From: Monocercomonoides exilis PA203
Taxonomy: Eukaryota; Protista; Preaxostyla
Direction of reading: 5' to 3'
NCBI GenBank assembly: GCA_001643675.2
Contig: LSRY02000002.1
Coordinates: 186,001-250,000 of the forward strand
Length of the DNA stretch: 64,000 bases
Below, one piece after another: positions 10,976 to 24,200 of the stretch. The stretch's first letter is position 1, and the number at the start of each line of letters is the position of its first letter. The notes under the pieces were generated by a model. That model was not told the DNA's origin, searched no databases, and was given only the letters and a program-made list of their open reading frames with translations. Position numbers and translations under genes: made by a program.

Positions 10976-12218
10976 GCAGGAGAGGGAGGGCGGACAGCGG
11001 AAAGAAAAGTCAACCGAGACAGAGGAGGAGATGGCCAGAGGCATCAAGGAAGAGACAGAAAGACGAGCATTTGGAGGGCTTCTGTGCTGCTTGGGCTGTG
11101 TGATTTGGCTGAAGCACGATGAATGTGTGTTTTTCTTTTCATTTTCTTTTTTGACAAATTTTATGCTTTGAATCCCTCTTTCTCTATTTTTTGTACGTGT
11201 TTTGTTTGGAGAATGTAGAATGTTTGTTGTTTTCCTTTGAAGTGCAAAAGGAAGTGCAACAGGTTGAATTTGATATTGCAAAGATGAACTGGGACTGAGG
11301 GGGAAAGAGGGGGAAGACGAGGGAACCGAAATGGATGCAATGCTGGTCTTTTCGAGAGAATGAGAATTGAGCTTTGAGGGGTTACAAAGAGAATGGCAGA
11401 CAGCAACCCTTGGACTTTTTGTTTGTCAACCGAAAGGTTCAAATAAAAAGGAGTGAAAAAGGCGTTTGCATTGAAGTTGTTTTTGCTGGATTGCTTTTTC
11501 TGCTTTTTGTTCAACAAACGTCAAGATTGAAAAATAAAAATGTGTTCTTCATTTGCGGGTGTTCTTTGTTTTTGCTCATAAAAATGCACTTGAAGAATGG
11601 ATAAACGAAACTTTCACTCAAACAGTAATTGCTTTGACAAAAGCACTTCACAAAAACGAAAACTCTCAAGATTTCTCCAAAAATGAATTGAAGCAATTCC
11701 TCTCCATGTTCTAACGTTCTCAACAGGTGAATGCAATGAAAATGAAATAAAAACAAGATGAATACATATCGACAAAACACAAATCTCGATTGAAAATGGG
11801 TGCTGAATAAAAATAAAAAATGCTTGAATAGGCAAAACTACAAATTCCACACAGAGATATGCATGTGCCGTCTGTGAATGATTGCATGCATTTCTCTTTA
11901 AAAACCAAAAATCATGAACAAAAAAAAAGAAAAATATCTTTTCAACAACAAGATACTTAAAATTCCAAACTGAAAACGTTAAAAAAAATGAGAAATAGAA
12001 AATCAAAAAATTTTTTGAATACAACAAATAAATGCAATTATAATTGGCGAATGGTTATGTTATTCCAAGAATTACAATCCCTTCTCATCTCAATGAAACA
12101 AAGAAAGTTGTCAATAAAATGGGATTTACAATTAAAGACAGCATGTCGCTGCCTTTCTGTTCCAGAATATTATTCTTTTCTGCTTTCTCAAACACATTTC
12201 GTGCTTGTGGAGCCTGTT

Positions 12219-15200
12219 TCAGCTTTTGTTGTTATCTTCCTCCAGCCCCTCTTTTGATTCACCTGAACCTCTTCTCCCGCTCTCTCTGCCTCTGTCTGAT
12301 TCTGCATCATACCCAACCGCATCCGACATCGTCATCACAAAAGTGCCTGGTGGAAAGCACCCGAGGAACTCCCGCTTCATCCCAACCAATCCTGGCCGCT
12401 CTTCCATCACCGCTGACAAGCTCCTCTTCGCAACCCCAAACAAGCGTGTGCCTTTAATCATCTCCAGTCTCGGTCTCTCTCCATTCACAATCTTCTGCCC
12501 TGCCACTTCTGCTTCATAATCCCCAAACGGAATCTCCAGCGTCAGGCACTCCCACAGCATCATCCCAATAGAGAATGCCACTGATTCCTTTGTCGCCTCC
12601 ATCTTCTTGTTGATCAGCAGCTCAGGCGCCTTCCACCTCATGCACTCTTTTTTGAAGTCATCTTCATCCTCAAAGGCGGATGAGGGAAGAGAGTTACTAT
12701 CATCATCACTTGCAGAAGTTACAACTGTTGACGAGGAGATGGATGATGAATCTGAATCATCATCTGACAATAAAACAGAATGCATCACTATGCAGATCAC
12801 CATGTGCTCAGAGAATAATACAATGTGGGGACTCAAATTGGATAATGATTGAAGAGGATTTTCCATTTCATCAAATGAATGAAGAGCAAGATTAGCCACC
12901 CAGAACAGGATCTGTGCAGCAGTTATCACCCTTTCTTCCAGCGTCCCAATCGCCATCTCCTTTGTTTTATTCCTCCCATGAAGCAGCATGAACAGCGAAT
13001 CTCTCAGATCCACAATCAGCTTCTCATGCGGTGACGAACAGGCCATTGCATCCACCAGATTCGACATCGACGAAGTGGTTGGACAGAGACTCTCCGATCG
13101 AACAAATGTGGATTCTGTGTCTGAAGTGTCTGTTGTTGAAGTGGATGAAATGGATGGTGAAGGAGTTTGCTTTCTCACCTCTTCCTCCTCTTTTTCTTCA
13201 ACTTTTTCCAGCATCCATTCTGGGATTTTGTCTGAATCTCTCCCCAATATATATTCAGTTGAGCCACTCTCAGATAACAAATGCTCTGACGACTCGGAAT
13301 GCCCCAAGCTTTTCTCATACACCCTCTTCTTCGTCCTCTCCTCATTCTTTTTCTCTGCCTCTCTCTCAGCTCTCCTCCACTGCTCCTCTGGCGACATCTC
13401 CATCGTCACCATCTCAAACGCCTTCGGATCTTTCTTCACTGTGTCTTCCACAATTATTTCTAATTCTTCCGTTCTTCTCTTTTGCTTTCTCCATTGAACA
13501 ATGAATATCACTGCGACAATTAAAATAATCAAAAGAACAAAAGCCATGATAATAACAATCAACAACAAATATGATTTTCCCTCTTTTTCTCCTTCGACAA
13601 TTCTTTCATCTCCATTTGTTTTGGGCTCACTTCTGTTTTTCAGAATGAAAGAATCAGTTGAAGATGGATTATTGGTATCTCCAAACAGAATGCTCACACT
13701 CACTTCGGTCTCTTCCCCACAGTTGCTGATCAGCTCTTTCTCCACAATCCCTTTCACTTCAGTCTCTGATACATACCCTTCCTCCAGAAATGAATACTTT
13801 ACAATCTCTTTCTCTTCTCCAACCTGTTTCACAATCATGAATGACAAGTTGCACGGGAGAAGAAGAGTGCCTCTGAACACAATATTCAATGTTCCTTCAT
13901 TCTCCTCTGTTTCAACTGATCGAAGAATGGGGATGAACAACACTGATTCTCGTTCTGATCCAATCCCGCTCATCGCACATCCATCATTCAGAATCCATAG
14001 AGAAGAACCATCTTTTATCCCGTCTCCACCTTTCAGGCTCTTCACATTCAGTGTGCCTGAACCAGAGCATATAATGTTCCTTCTCACTGAAGGATATTTT
14101 GTTATTGATGGATTGTTATTGCTGAAGTTTCCTGATTCAATTGAAACTTCCCCACCAGAAACAGACAGTGCTCCATACTTTGCATTCCATATTGTTGTGT
14201 CTCTCACTTTCCCTTCACTCTCCGATATGTCTGCAACAGACCCATTCCACCTGCACATCTCTTCAGCTGCATCTGCATTCATATTCGAAGTGCTTTCTGT
14301 CTCACTCCCATCAATCTTGCACCCATCCAGCACAACCTTCCTGCTCTTCCACACCCCAATCACACTTCCCTTTGCTCCTGAGCTCTGACACATCTCGAAC
14401 GAACAGTTAGACAGCTCCAACTTTGCTCCCTTGCATCGACTCGTCACTGCTGCTGCATTCTCTCCAGCACTCGAGATGTTCACAAGCACAGCTCTACTCA
14501 CTTGCACAATGTCAGCTTCATCTCCACTTGCTGCTTCCTCCATCTCCACCACTGACCCCTTCTCCATCCTCATCCCCTCAGCCTTCAACTCGTCAATCAC
14601 CATGCTCCCTTCTCTCACCACTATCCCCCCTCCTCGGCACTCAACATTCCCGATCCTCAGCTGTCTCACAGTCACAGCTCCTCCACACCTCAGCAAGCAC
14701 TCACCACACACATCCTCCATTTCACACCCCCTCATCTCCAGTTTCCCACTTGCACACTCCATGAGAATAGGAACAGATGCCTTGTGTCCGTCTCCTTCCA
14801 TTGAGCAAAATCTCACTCGATCAAACATCACATTTCCTTCCTCCATCCAGAAGAGACTTGTGTGTGACGTGGGGAAGACTCGCGGCATCTTGAACTCCAC
14901 CAGCTCCACAGCAGCGCTCCCTCCCACGCCCATCATATATTCCCTAGTGCAGGATATGCCTGACCCAATCTTCACACTCGCCATCTCCCAGCTCTTCGAT
15001 CTCACCACCATGCTCAAAATATCTATCTCCATCTCCACCTCGCTCTCCCCATCCACCGCCAGCATCGAGTTGAACTCTGCCACCACATGATCCAGTCCAT
15101 ATCCCAATGTCAGACACGGCTGCTCCACTGTCCCGCACTTCCGCCAGTTCCTGCCGCCTTTCCCAAGCACACTCGACACCACAATCGTCGCTGCCTGATA

Positions 15201-18200
15201 CACTGTGATCAGATCCATCAGGTTCACTGGCGTCTCACTCCGCCTGTCCACCCCATAGATTGCATTCCCTTGGATATACACCTCCTGCCGCAGATCCATC
15301 TTAAACTGGCTCTCGTTGATCTGCCGGCTGATGTTCACACACTCAACAAAGATGTCCCGCCCCACAAACGCATTGTTCCCGCTCAACGACACCTTCTCAA
15401 ACACAAAGTTCAGATCTCCTCCAAGCTCTGTTCCCAAATACACTCCACCTCCCCGCCCTTGTGTTATCGAGCAGCTGCTTTGCACAATCTTCCCTCCCTT
15501 CATCCGAAACTCTCCTCCCTCATTCAGCCGGAACTCCACCACTCCGCCTTTCTTGCTCTCTCCTGCCTTGCACGACTCGAATGTGCTCTCATTCACCACC
15601 ACCTTCACACTCCCTCCACACACACTCTCCACAACACACGGCCCATCATCCTCCCGCTCCCCCATCACAAATATTGATCCATTCACTGTCACACTCGTTC
15701 CACTCATCCCCCCTGCATTTTCCAATCTACTGGTGCCATTCATGCCACTGCTCACAATACTGATTGCACACCCCTCGTGATACTCCTGCGAGCTCATCCG
15801 CACTTCCCTCAGATTGCAGCTCACCCCTTCAAACACCATCACCACACAGCCCTTCACCTTCATTCGCTCAAATCTCACATCCACCACCACCAATGCCCCA
15901 GCTTTCACAACAACAACTGATCCACACAACTCCCCGCCAGATCCTGCTCCTCCAACCACACATCTTTCCATTTCCAGCAGTGTTCCTCCTCCACTCAAAA
16001 TCTCTTTCTTCTCCACTCCACCTGAACCCCCAACCACCATCTTCATCCTCCGAATACACAGCGTCCCAGCGTATGTGATGAACGGATCCTCGCTCAACAC
16101 ACTCTCCCCTCCTTTTCCACTGAATACAAGTTCATCCTTCACATCCTCCTCCTCTCCTCCTCCTCCCACACCACTCACAACCATATTCTTCATTGTCCAG
16201 TCATCCTCCACTCTCGCCTCCCCTCCCACCACAATCTCTTTCATCTCCTCCGTCCTCTCCACTTGCTCCATCCCCTTCCACAGCGTCTCACACGGATCGT
16301 CCACATTTCCACACCGCATCACATCCTGCCCTTCTGAACTTAAATATATCTTCCGGCTCTTGTATCCCACAACATATCTCAGGAGATCTGTTTCGTTCCT
16401 GCTTTCATCGCTCCCAACAAATCCGTTCCCATTCTCTTTCATTCCCTGATGGTCAAACACAAACGAAGTTGTTGTCACAGTTTTGTTCAGATCTCTTGCC
16501 AAAACAAACATATGCTCACCAACTTTTGCCCTGTTCAATTTGAACGTCACTCCATTCAGCTCAAACGGCTGACCAATCAGCGACCCTGAGCAGTCCACAA
16601 ACAAAAACCCTCCTCTCCCAAATGCAACTGAGCACTCGCATTCTTCTGCTGTTGTGTTCTTCAGCACCAGAGTCTGTTCACCTCTCACAACCACCTTCAT
16701 CCCTCCTCCCTCCTTCTCTTCTAGTGCTTTCACCTTCTTCATTGTGCAATCTTCAATCATCACACTCGATCTGAACTCAAAGGCACTCCCACTGAATGTT
16801 GCCTTTTCTATCGAGCACCCAACGAGCTCCACCTTTCCACATATTGCCTTCATCACTCCATATCCCATCACACTTCCACTCCCAAACTGGAATATGCAAT
16901 CCGTCATGTTCAATACCCCATCTTCTGTCTCCGAAAGCAGCACCACTTCCTGCCCACTTGCAAGCATCTCCGGAAGCACAAACTCGACCCCTTCAAATCC
17001 TGCTCTCCTGTTGTTCTCAAATACACATTTCCCATCTCCTCCACTGATCTCCTCCCCAACCTCCATCACACACCTCGTGACTGCTCCTGTTCCTGCCCCA
17101 TTGCACACCGTTCTTATCCCTGACACATCAAACCAATCGGCAACTCTCATCTTCCCTTTCACCAAGATCTTAGCTCCCTCAACTGTTTCACGATCTGCAT
17201 TCTTCACCCCTCTCCAATATGTCTCACATGGCACTTTCTCACTCCCACATCCTATCATGTCACATCCGCCTTCTCTCACATGCACTTCTCCCCACTTATG
17301 TTCCACCAGAAACATTACAAGATCAACTGCCTCTTCAACAAATCGCACCCGATCCACTCCTTTCATATTAACAATCACCTCCCCTTCTCCGTTCTTCACT
17401 GCAAACCGAAATCGAGATCGAGTTACTGTCTTGTTCAGATCCTCACACTCCACAAACACATCTTTCCCCCATGTTCCTGCATTCTCTGAAAACTCAAGCC
17501 CATCAAAATTCATTTCCCCCATTCTTGTGCTTGCAACATTCAAATATATTCCTCCTCCCCTCCCGCTTTCACCATTCACACAACACCTCGTAAACACTCC
17601 ATCTGTGATGCACAAACTGCTTCCTTCACTCACTTCGCAGCGCACTCCTCCTCCATCTCCATGAGCAGATCGGCATCCATTGAATGTGCTGCCTTCTGTT
17701 ATTTCCAAACTTCTCACATTCTCCATCCACACCACTCCCCCATCTGCCACATCCACTTCCTCCACACATCCCTTGTGCATCCCAAACTCAGCCTCTCCAC
17801 TCCCTTCAATCAACCCCTTCCCTGTTCCTCCCACATTAGATATGTTCGTGTTGTTCATGATGAGCATTCCTCCCTCCATTTTCACAAAGCCTCCATCCAC
17901 TCCAAAATTTTCATCTTCCACTGCCACTTGATTCATCCGGACCTCTCCTCCGGTTTCCCTCACTATTCTCATCCATGTCTCCCATCTCACATCTGCTCCT
18001 GCTTCCTCTTCCCCAGCATCTGTTCCTGAACCTGCCCCAAATACACAGTTCATCACCAGCACCACACCCACACTCGCACTGATCAGCCCATCCACTTCCT
18101 CTGATGCCACCTCTGGCAGTCTGAAATCCAGGCGGCTGAGTGTCAGTGTTGTCTGTGAGTCTCCAATGCTCTGCCTGAAGCACCCATGTTCTCTGACCTC

Positions 18201-21200
18201 CAAGCTGCATCCAGCACTTTTCCCTCGCACTGCCAGCGATTTCCCCTTCCGATCAATCACATAATCCATCCAGTTTCCGTTGTTCATCTGGATCGTCGTC
18301 TTCTCCTCTCCCATGTTCGTGAACCCATCAATGAACCTGTCACAGGGAGAGATCTCGCTTCCACACGAATCGGCTGCTGTGCTCCTCCCTGCCTCCACAT
18401 ACACAATCGCCCCTTCCACAGGGAACAGATACTTCTTCACTGACAAGTCGATCACTGTGTCTGTCACTGAGTCCATCACCCACACATTCACCTCTGGCGT
18501 GCTCTCCTCATCCACTGTCCCCATCCACAGATCCTCCCGCAGCATCACCTCTGGCTCACCACACACAACAAACACATCCAGCCCCTTTGCTGCAGCATTC
18601 CCCTCAAACACATCCTCTCGAAGCGAGTACTTCGCCTCCCTGTCCTCCAGCTCCACAAACACCCCTCCTCCATATCCTGCTGTTCCCACCACTGCACACC
18701 TCTCCACCCTGTTCGAATCAAACACAAATTCCCCCTTCCCAGCAACACTCACAAACACACATCCTCCACAAGACGGATTCCACATGCACACATCCTGCAC
18801 AAATGTGCTCTCCTTTACCTCCACTTTCTGCCCTTCTCCCACTTTCCCTGCAAACACGCCTCCATTCCCGCTCTTTCGTGTCTTCCCCTCCACGCTGAAG
18901 TTCTTTGCCCCAACACTCGCCCTTTCTTCAAACACAACAACACTTCCATCATCCATTGTTGTTCCCTTCACTGTGCTGTTTTCCACCCTCAGTGCAGATC
19001 CCTCCCTCACACCAATCAGCCCACTTTCTGCTCCACAAACAACATTTTCCATCTCCAATCCCGCAAACACTCCTTCACCTCCACACAGCTCAAACAACTC
19101 AAATTCCCCTGTGTTCATGTTTGCCATCTTCAACCCATCCACAACCACCTTTCCTCCACTCACTTTTATCAATGAATACTTCGTTTTCAACTGACCATTC
19201 ACTTGTTCAACCTGGCAGTTCTCCAGCTTCAGCTCCCCTCCTTTGCACGCAAACAGACACTCCCATCTGGCTCCAGAAAACTCGTTGGGAACAACAAACG
19301 ATATGTTTTTCACAAATACATTCACTCTGGTTTCCAACAACCCTTCTCCCTCTCCAGTTCCATCATCACACACATGAACACTTGTCTCTCCACCCTCAAC
19401 AATCCCCTTCAACTTCACTCCCTGCAGCTCAAGCACCACATGATCTTTTAACTCAAATGATTCCATCGCCACCACTTCTCCACTTCCAACCACTCCTCCA
19501 AAACGCACTTTTAGCGCTTGTTCAATTGTTCGACAGGGAGCATATGCCATTCCACAACCTGAATGATCATATCCCCAGTCTGACTCTCCTCCAACATATG
19601 CTGTGCTTCCAAACTGATCAAGATATGCACCAAGTGGAATTCCAAAAGTATCACCTGTTGAGCAACGCTCATATCCCATCAGATCTCCCATCTCCATCCC
19701 GCCTCTCTCAAAATTCATTGAGCCTCCGCTCACAATAGCACTCAAATCCCTCCCTTCCACAAACACATTCTTCCCCTTCCACGCTTTGCACCCCTCAAAC
19801 TCCAGCCCTTTCAATTCAAACCCACTCACTCCATCCGAACACAACAAAAATACTCCTCCTCCCAATCCCCTTCCTTCTCCTCCTTCTCCTTCAGGCACTT
19901 CACATCCTTCAAACTTTGTCCCCTCAATCACCACCTCTGCTCCCTCACCCTGCCTCACAATCATCCCTCCTCCTCGAAGCCCATTCCCACCTCTGCACTT
20001 TCCTTTGATCGTGCAATTCTCCACATGAACATCTCGCAATTGACCAGTTCCACTCTCCGAACTCATGCACCCTCCATCTCCTCCTCTGTGACAAGCACAG
20101 CCAAAAACACTGTTGTTCACTTTCATCTTCCCGCCTCCTCCAATATCAATTGGCACTCCAATAAACCCTATTTCCCCGCTTCCCTCAACCACAAACTCAT
20201 CCAACATCACTCCACCTCCCTCAACTTTCAACAGACCACCACTCACTCCATCCAACCCCTCTTCGCCAGACAGTCTCATCACACACCACACCATCTCCAA
20301 ATCACCTCCAATACACTCAATCAAACTCCCCACTCCTTCACTCTTCACCAACACGCCAAATGTGCAATTTGACACATGTGTTTCTGTTGTTGTGCGAATC
20401 ATCCCATTGCAAATGCCCGCCTCTCCCCACACCACATTCACATTTGTTCCTCTCTCCACACCCTTCAGCTCCCACTTCCATCTGCTCATCTCCACCTTCT
20501 CTCTCCAGCTGAACCCTTCATTCACAATTATCTTCTTCTCACTGTTCGCAAACCTCAATCCAACCAGCTTCCCAATAGTCGCACATCCATATCCTTCAAA
20601 CCCACACCCTGAAAAGTCTCGCTTATTCACTCCTCCAACATGCCCCGCAACACCTTCCACTTCAACCATGAAAAACATCAGCGGAATCAGAAAACTCTCA
20701 TCCCCACCTTCAAACCCCATCGCTTCTCTCATTCTCCCTTTATCTGTCGCAATCGCTCCCACAAACTTTCCTCCACTCACTGCTTCACTCAGATCTTCAG
20801 CTTCCACAAAAACGTTGTCTCCTCCTCTCACTGCTTCATTCTTTCCCACACCTGTCCCAAACACCACTCCACGCACCTCATGATCCCATCCCTTTGATTC
20901 ACTGCCTCCCTCCATTTTCAAAAACATCCCTCCTCCACATCCTCCAACTCCTTCTCTCAAACTGCTCCTGCACTTTTCAACCAGTGTTTCTTCCTCGCTC
21001 CTCCCCATTCGAAAATATCCTCCTGCTTCTATCTCCACACACACTCCCCCTCCACATCCTTTCTCCACACAACACCCAGAAAAGCTGCTGTTCCAAATCA
21101 CCACACTCTCTCCATCTCCAATCACACACTGCACTCCACTCCCATTCCCTACTGTACTCTCAATCCCGCTGAATGTGCACTTCTCCATCTTCAGATCGCT

Positions 21201-24200
21201 CCCTCCTCGTCCAACCACAATCCCACTCAACGAGCATGCTATCCCCTCAAATTTCGTCTGCTCAACAACAAGCTTCCCACTCGATGCATAATATGCCAAC
21301 CCATTTTCGCATTCCGCTGTTCCTCCACTAATGTTTGTCTGAGAAATTAACCCCTCTCCATTGTTGTTAACACAGACCATGCAGCTCCCTCCAAAGCTCA
21401 GCCCACTCACAGCCACCTGTCGCACACTCAACTTGCCTCCGCTGCATTGCATAACCACATATCCGATCATCTCTCCTTCCCCTCCCTCGAAATTGCACTG
21501 TCTCACCTCCACACTCCCACTCCGGCACGCAATCACGCTTCTTCCTTCACCCACACTTGCTGGAAGCGATATCACCAGATTCACAATCGATGTTGTTGCT
21601 CCAGCTGTTGTGATCACTCCCTCTGCTCTCCCACTCTCTCTGCTCTCTATCACCACTCGAGGTGGAGATGCCTGTCCTTTCACCACAACAATTCCACTCA
21701 TAAGTTCAACCTCGCCTTTCACGACCGCCCCGTTGTTCGCCACAACTGTTATCCCTGCCCCAGTCCCATGCTTCCTGATCGCATAATCCACACTCGCACA
21801 CTGCACATCTCCAAATCCACACATCTCCCAGTCTCTCTTGTTCAGCCCTCCAACATGGTATTCGCTTGGCTTGCTCCGCAGATACACCACAAGTGGAATC
21901 ACATTCACTTCATCCCCATTCTCATATCCACACACCTCACTCAGATTGCATTCATCAATCGCAAACTTCAGCTTCTCTCTCTTCGCCACCTCTGCCATCT
22001 GGGGTGCTCTCACGAACAGCTTGCTCCCTGCCTTTGCTGCCGCACACCCTGCAAACGATGCTTTGTCAATCACAAAATCATATCCTCCTTCCTTCACTTC
22101 AATCATCAACCCTCCTCTACATCCTCCTCCTATGCTTTGCTCTTCTCTCGCCTCACACCCACCAAACAACACTTCGCTCTCATTCCCCACACGAGCACGA
22201 GCTCCTGATTCCATCCTAATTGCCATTCCTCCTCCATCCCCGCTCTCACATCGGCATCCTTGCATCGTCACATTGTTCATCAGCAACACTTCACATTCTG
22301 CCACACTCTTCGATATCACACTCCCATCTCCCCTCAGCCTCACAATATTTCTGAAAGTGGTGTATGACATTGACACTTTCCATTTCCCTTCAACACCAAC
22401 AATTGGCGCATCTTCCAGCACAAAGTTTCCAATCTCAACCTGCTCCATCCCCACCTTCCCCTCTCCTGCTCCAGACATGATCAGTGATGCACCAAATGCA
22501 TTCAGAGATGAATGTCCGTTTGATGGCTGCATCCGCATCCTCTTCAATTCCACACTTCCACTTCCCCTCACAACAAACAGTCTCATCTCATGCTTCGTGT
22601 GTGAGTGCTCGATTGTGAACAAGCTGGAAAAAACCCTTCCACTCGTCACACTAAACAGACTGTCTCCATTCGTCATGCTGCTTGTGCTCACAACAGTCTC
22701 CTCCACACCTTCCCCACACACACTCAGCTCCCGATTTCCAGCACTTATTTCTCCCTCCTCTGATGTGTGTGTTCCTTTCCCCAAAAATATCCTCGACTCA
22801 AACTGAGTCATGCACTTCCCCAGCGAATGTGAAATTGTTCTGCATCCCGATTCGTCAGATAGCCCACACAGCTCATCCCCATCATTCCCACTTGTTGAAA
22901 CAAAGCAAGAGGTGAACAACTTTTTTGTTGAAGGAAGCCAATCTTTTTCATATTTCCCTGTGCCCATATTAAATAACCGCTTTTCATCAGTATTTGTTGA
23001 ATAACTCTCTTTGAAAGGTGTTGATGTGATATTCACATCTGCACTTGATTGATGAAAATTCACATCGTGTCCATATGGAATCTCACTATTTGTGCAAGAG
23101 CATTCATGGAAAAACAAAAAGAAAAATGCTTTCAAATTCGTTTGATCACCTGGGTACTTAACAAAATGGTGGCGAAGTGCTCCACCTTCTTGAACAGCCT
23201 TGCATTTGATAAATTGACAACTTCTCATTGCAAAATGTCGGGAGCTTGACCAACTCATAACAGCTCCATAATTTCCTTTATTTGTGCATTTCACAAACTG
23301 GCAATCCATAACCTGTGATTGCCCTCCATTTCCATCATCCACTCCTAGACAGCTTATTGGGGCATTTGAGGAGTATTCGCTATGATGATATGCGCTTGCA
23401 AATCCTTCTTCAACTTGGCTGTTCATAAAAAGGCATCCCTTTGTCAGCGAACAAGCTTCTGATGGTGAATTGTGCAAACTTCCTCCAGCTTGATTTGCAG
23501 AATTGTTTTGGAATAGTGAATTAATAACGATTATTTGTTTCAAATTATAAAAATAAGCAGCGCCTCCTCCTTCGCGGGCATAGCATCCCGTAAAATTGCA
23601 TCTTTCCACATTCAGCGATGCCTGAGCTGAGCTCGCGCTCAAAGCCCCTCCATATCCAGAATCAGTTCTGCAGCCTTCGAATGTGTCGTCCTCAAATGAA
23701 GTCGATGCAAAAATCAGTTTTCTTCCTTCGCTTCCCTTGTAAATATCGTATTTGTTCGGATGTCTGATGTTGCCTTGATAGGTGCAGTTTCGCGAGACAA
23801 CAGATGATGATGGCATGCTCAGTGGAGGAACAATAGCCCCATCCAGCACATCCTCCACTCGTATGAATTCCACACATTCAAGCCTTGTTTTGCAATCGTA
23901 TTTCCCTCCATCCACGAACCTCCACTGGCTCCCAACTGTGATGTTCTCAAATCTCGAGCCGATCACTTCAACATTCCCAAGTGCTGGCGATACAATAAAC
24001 GGTGATGATCCCAATAAGCAGAACGATCCAAAGCTGCACGCTCTTATCTTTGCCTGCCCAAGCTCGTTCTCTCTTCTGCTGCGTTGCTCAGTGTCAAACA
24101 TTGGAGGCATCATTTTCTCTTCCCCTTCTATTTTCAGGCTTGAATTTTCCAGAAGGATTCTTCCTCCAATGCACAGAATTGGCGACACATCTGTGCATTC

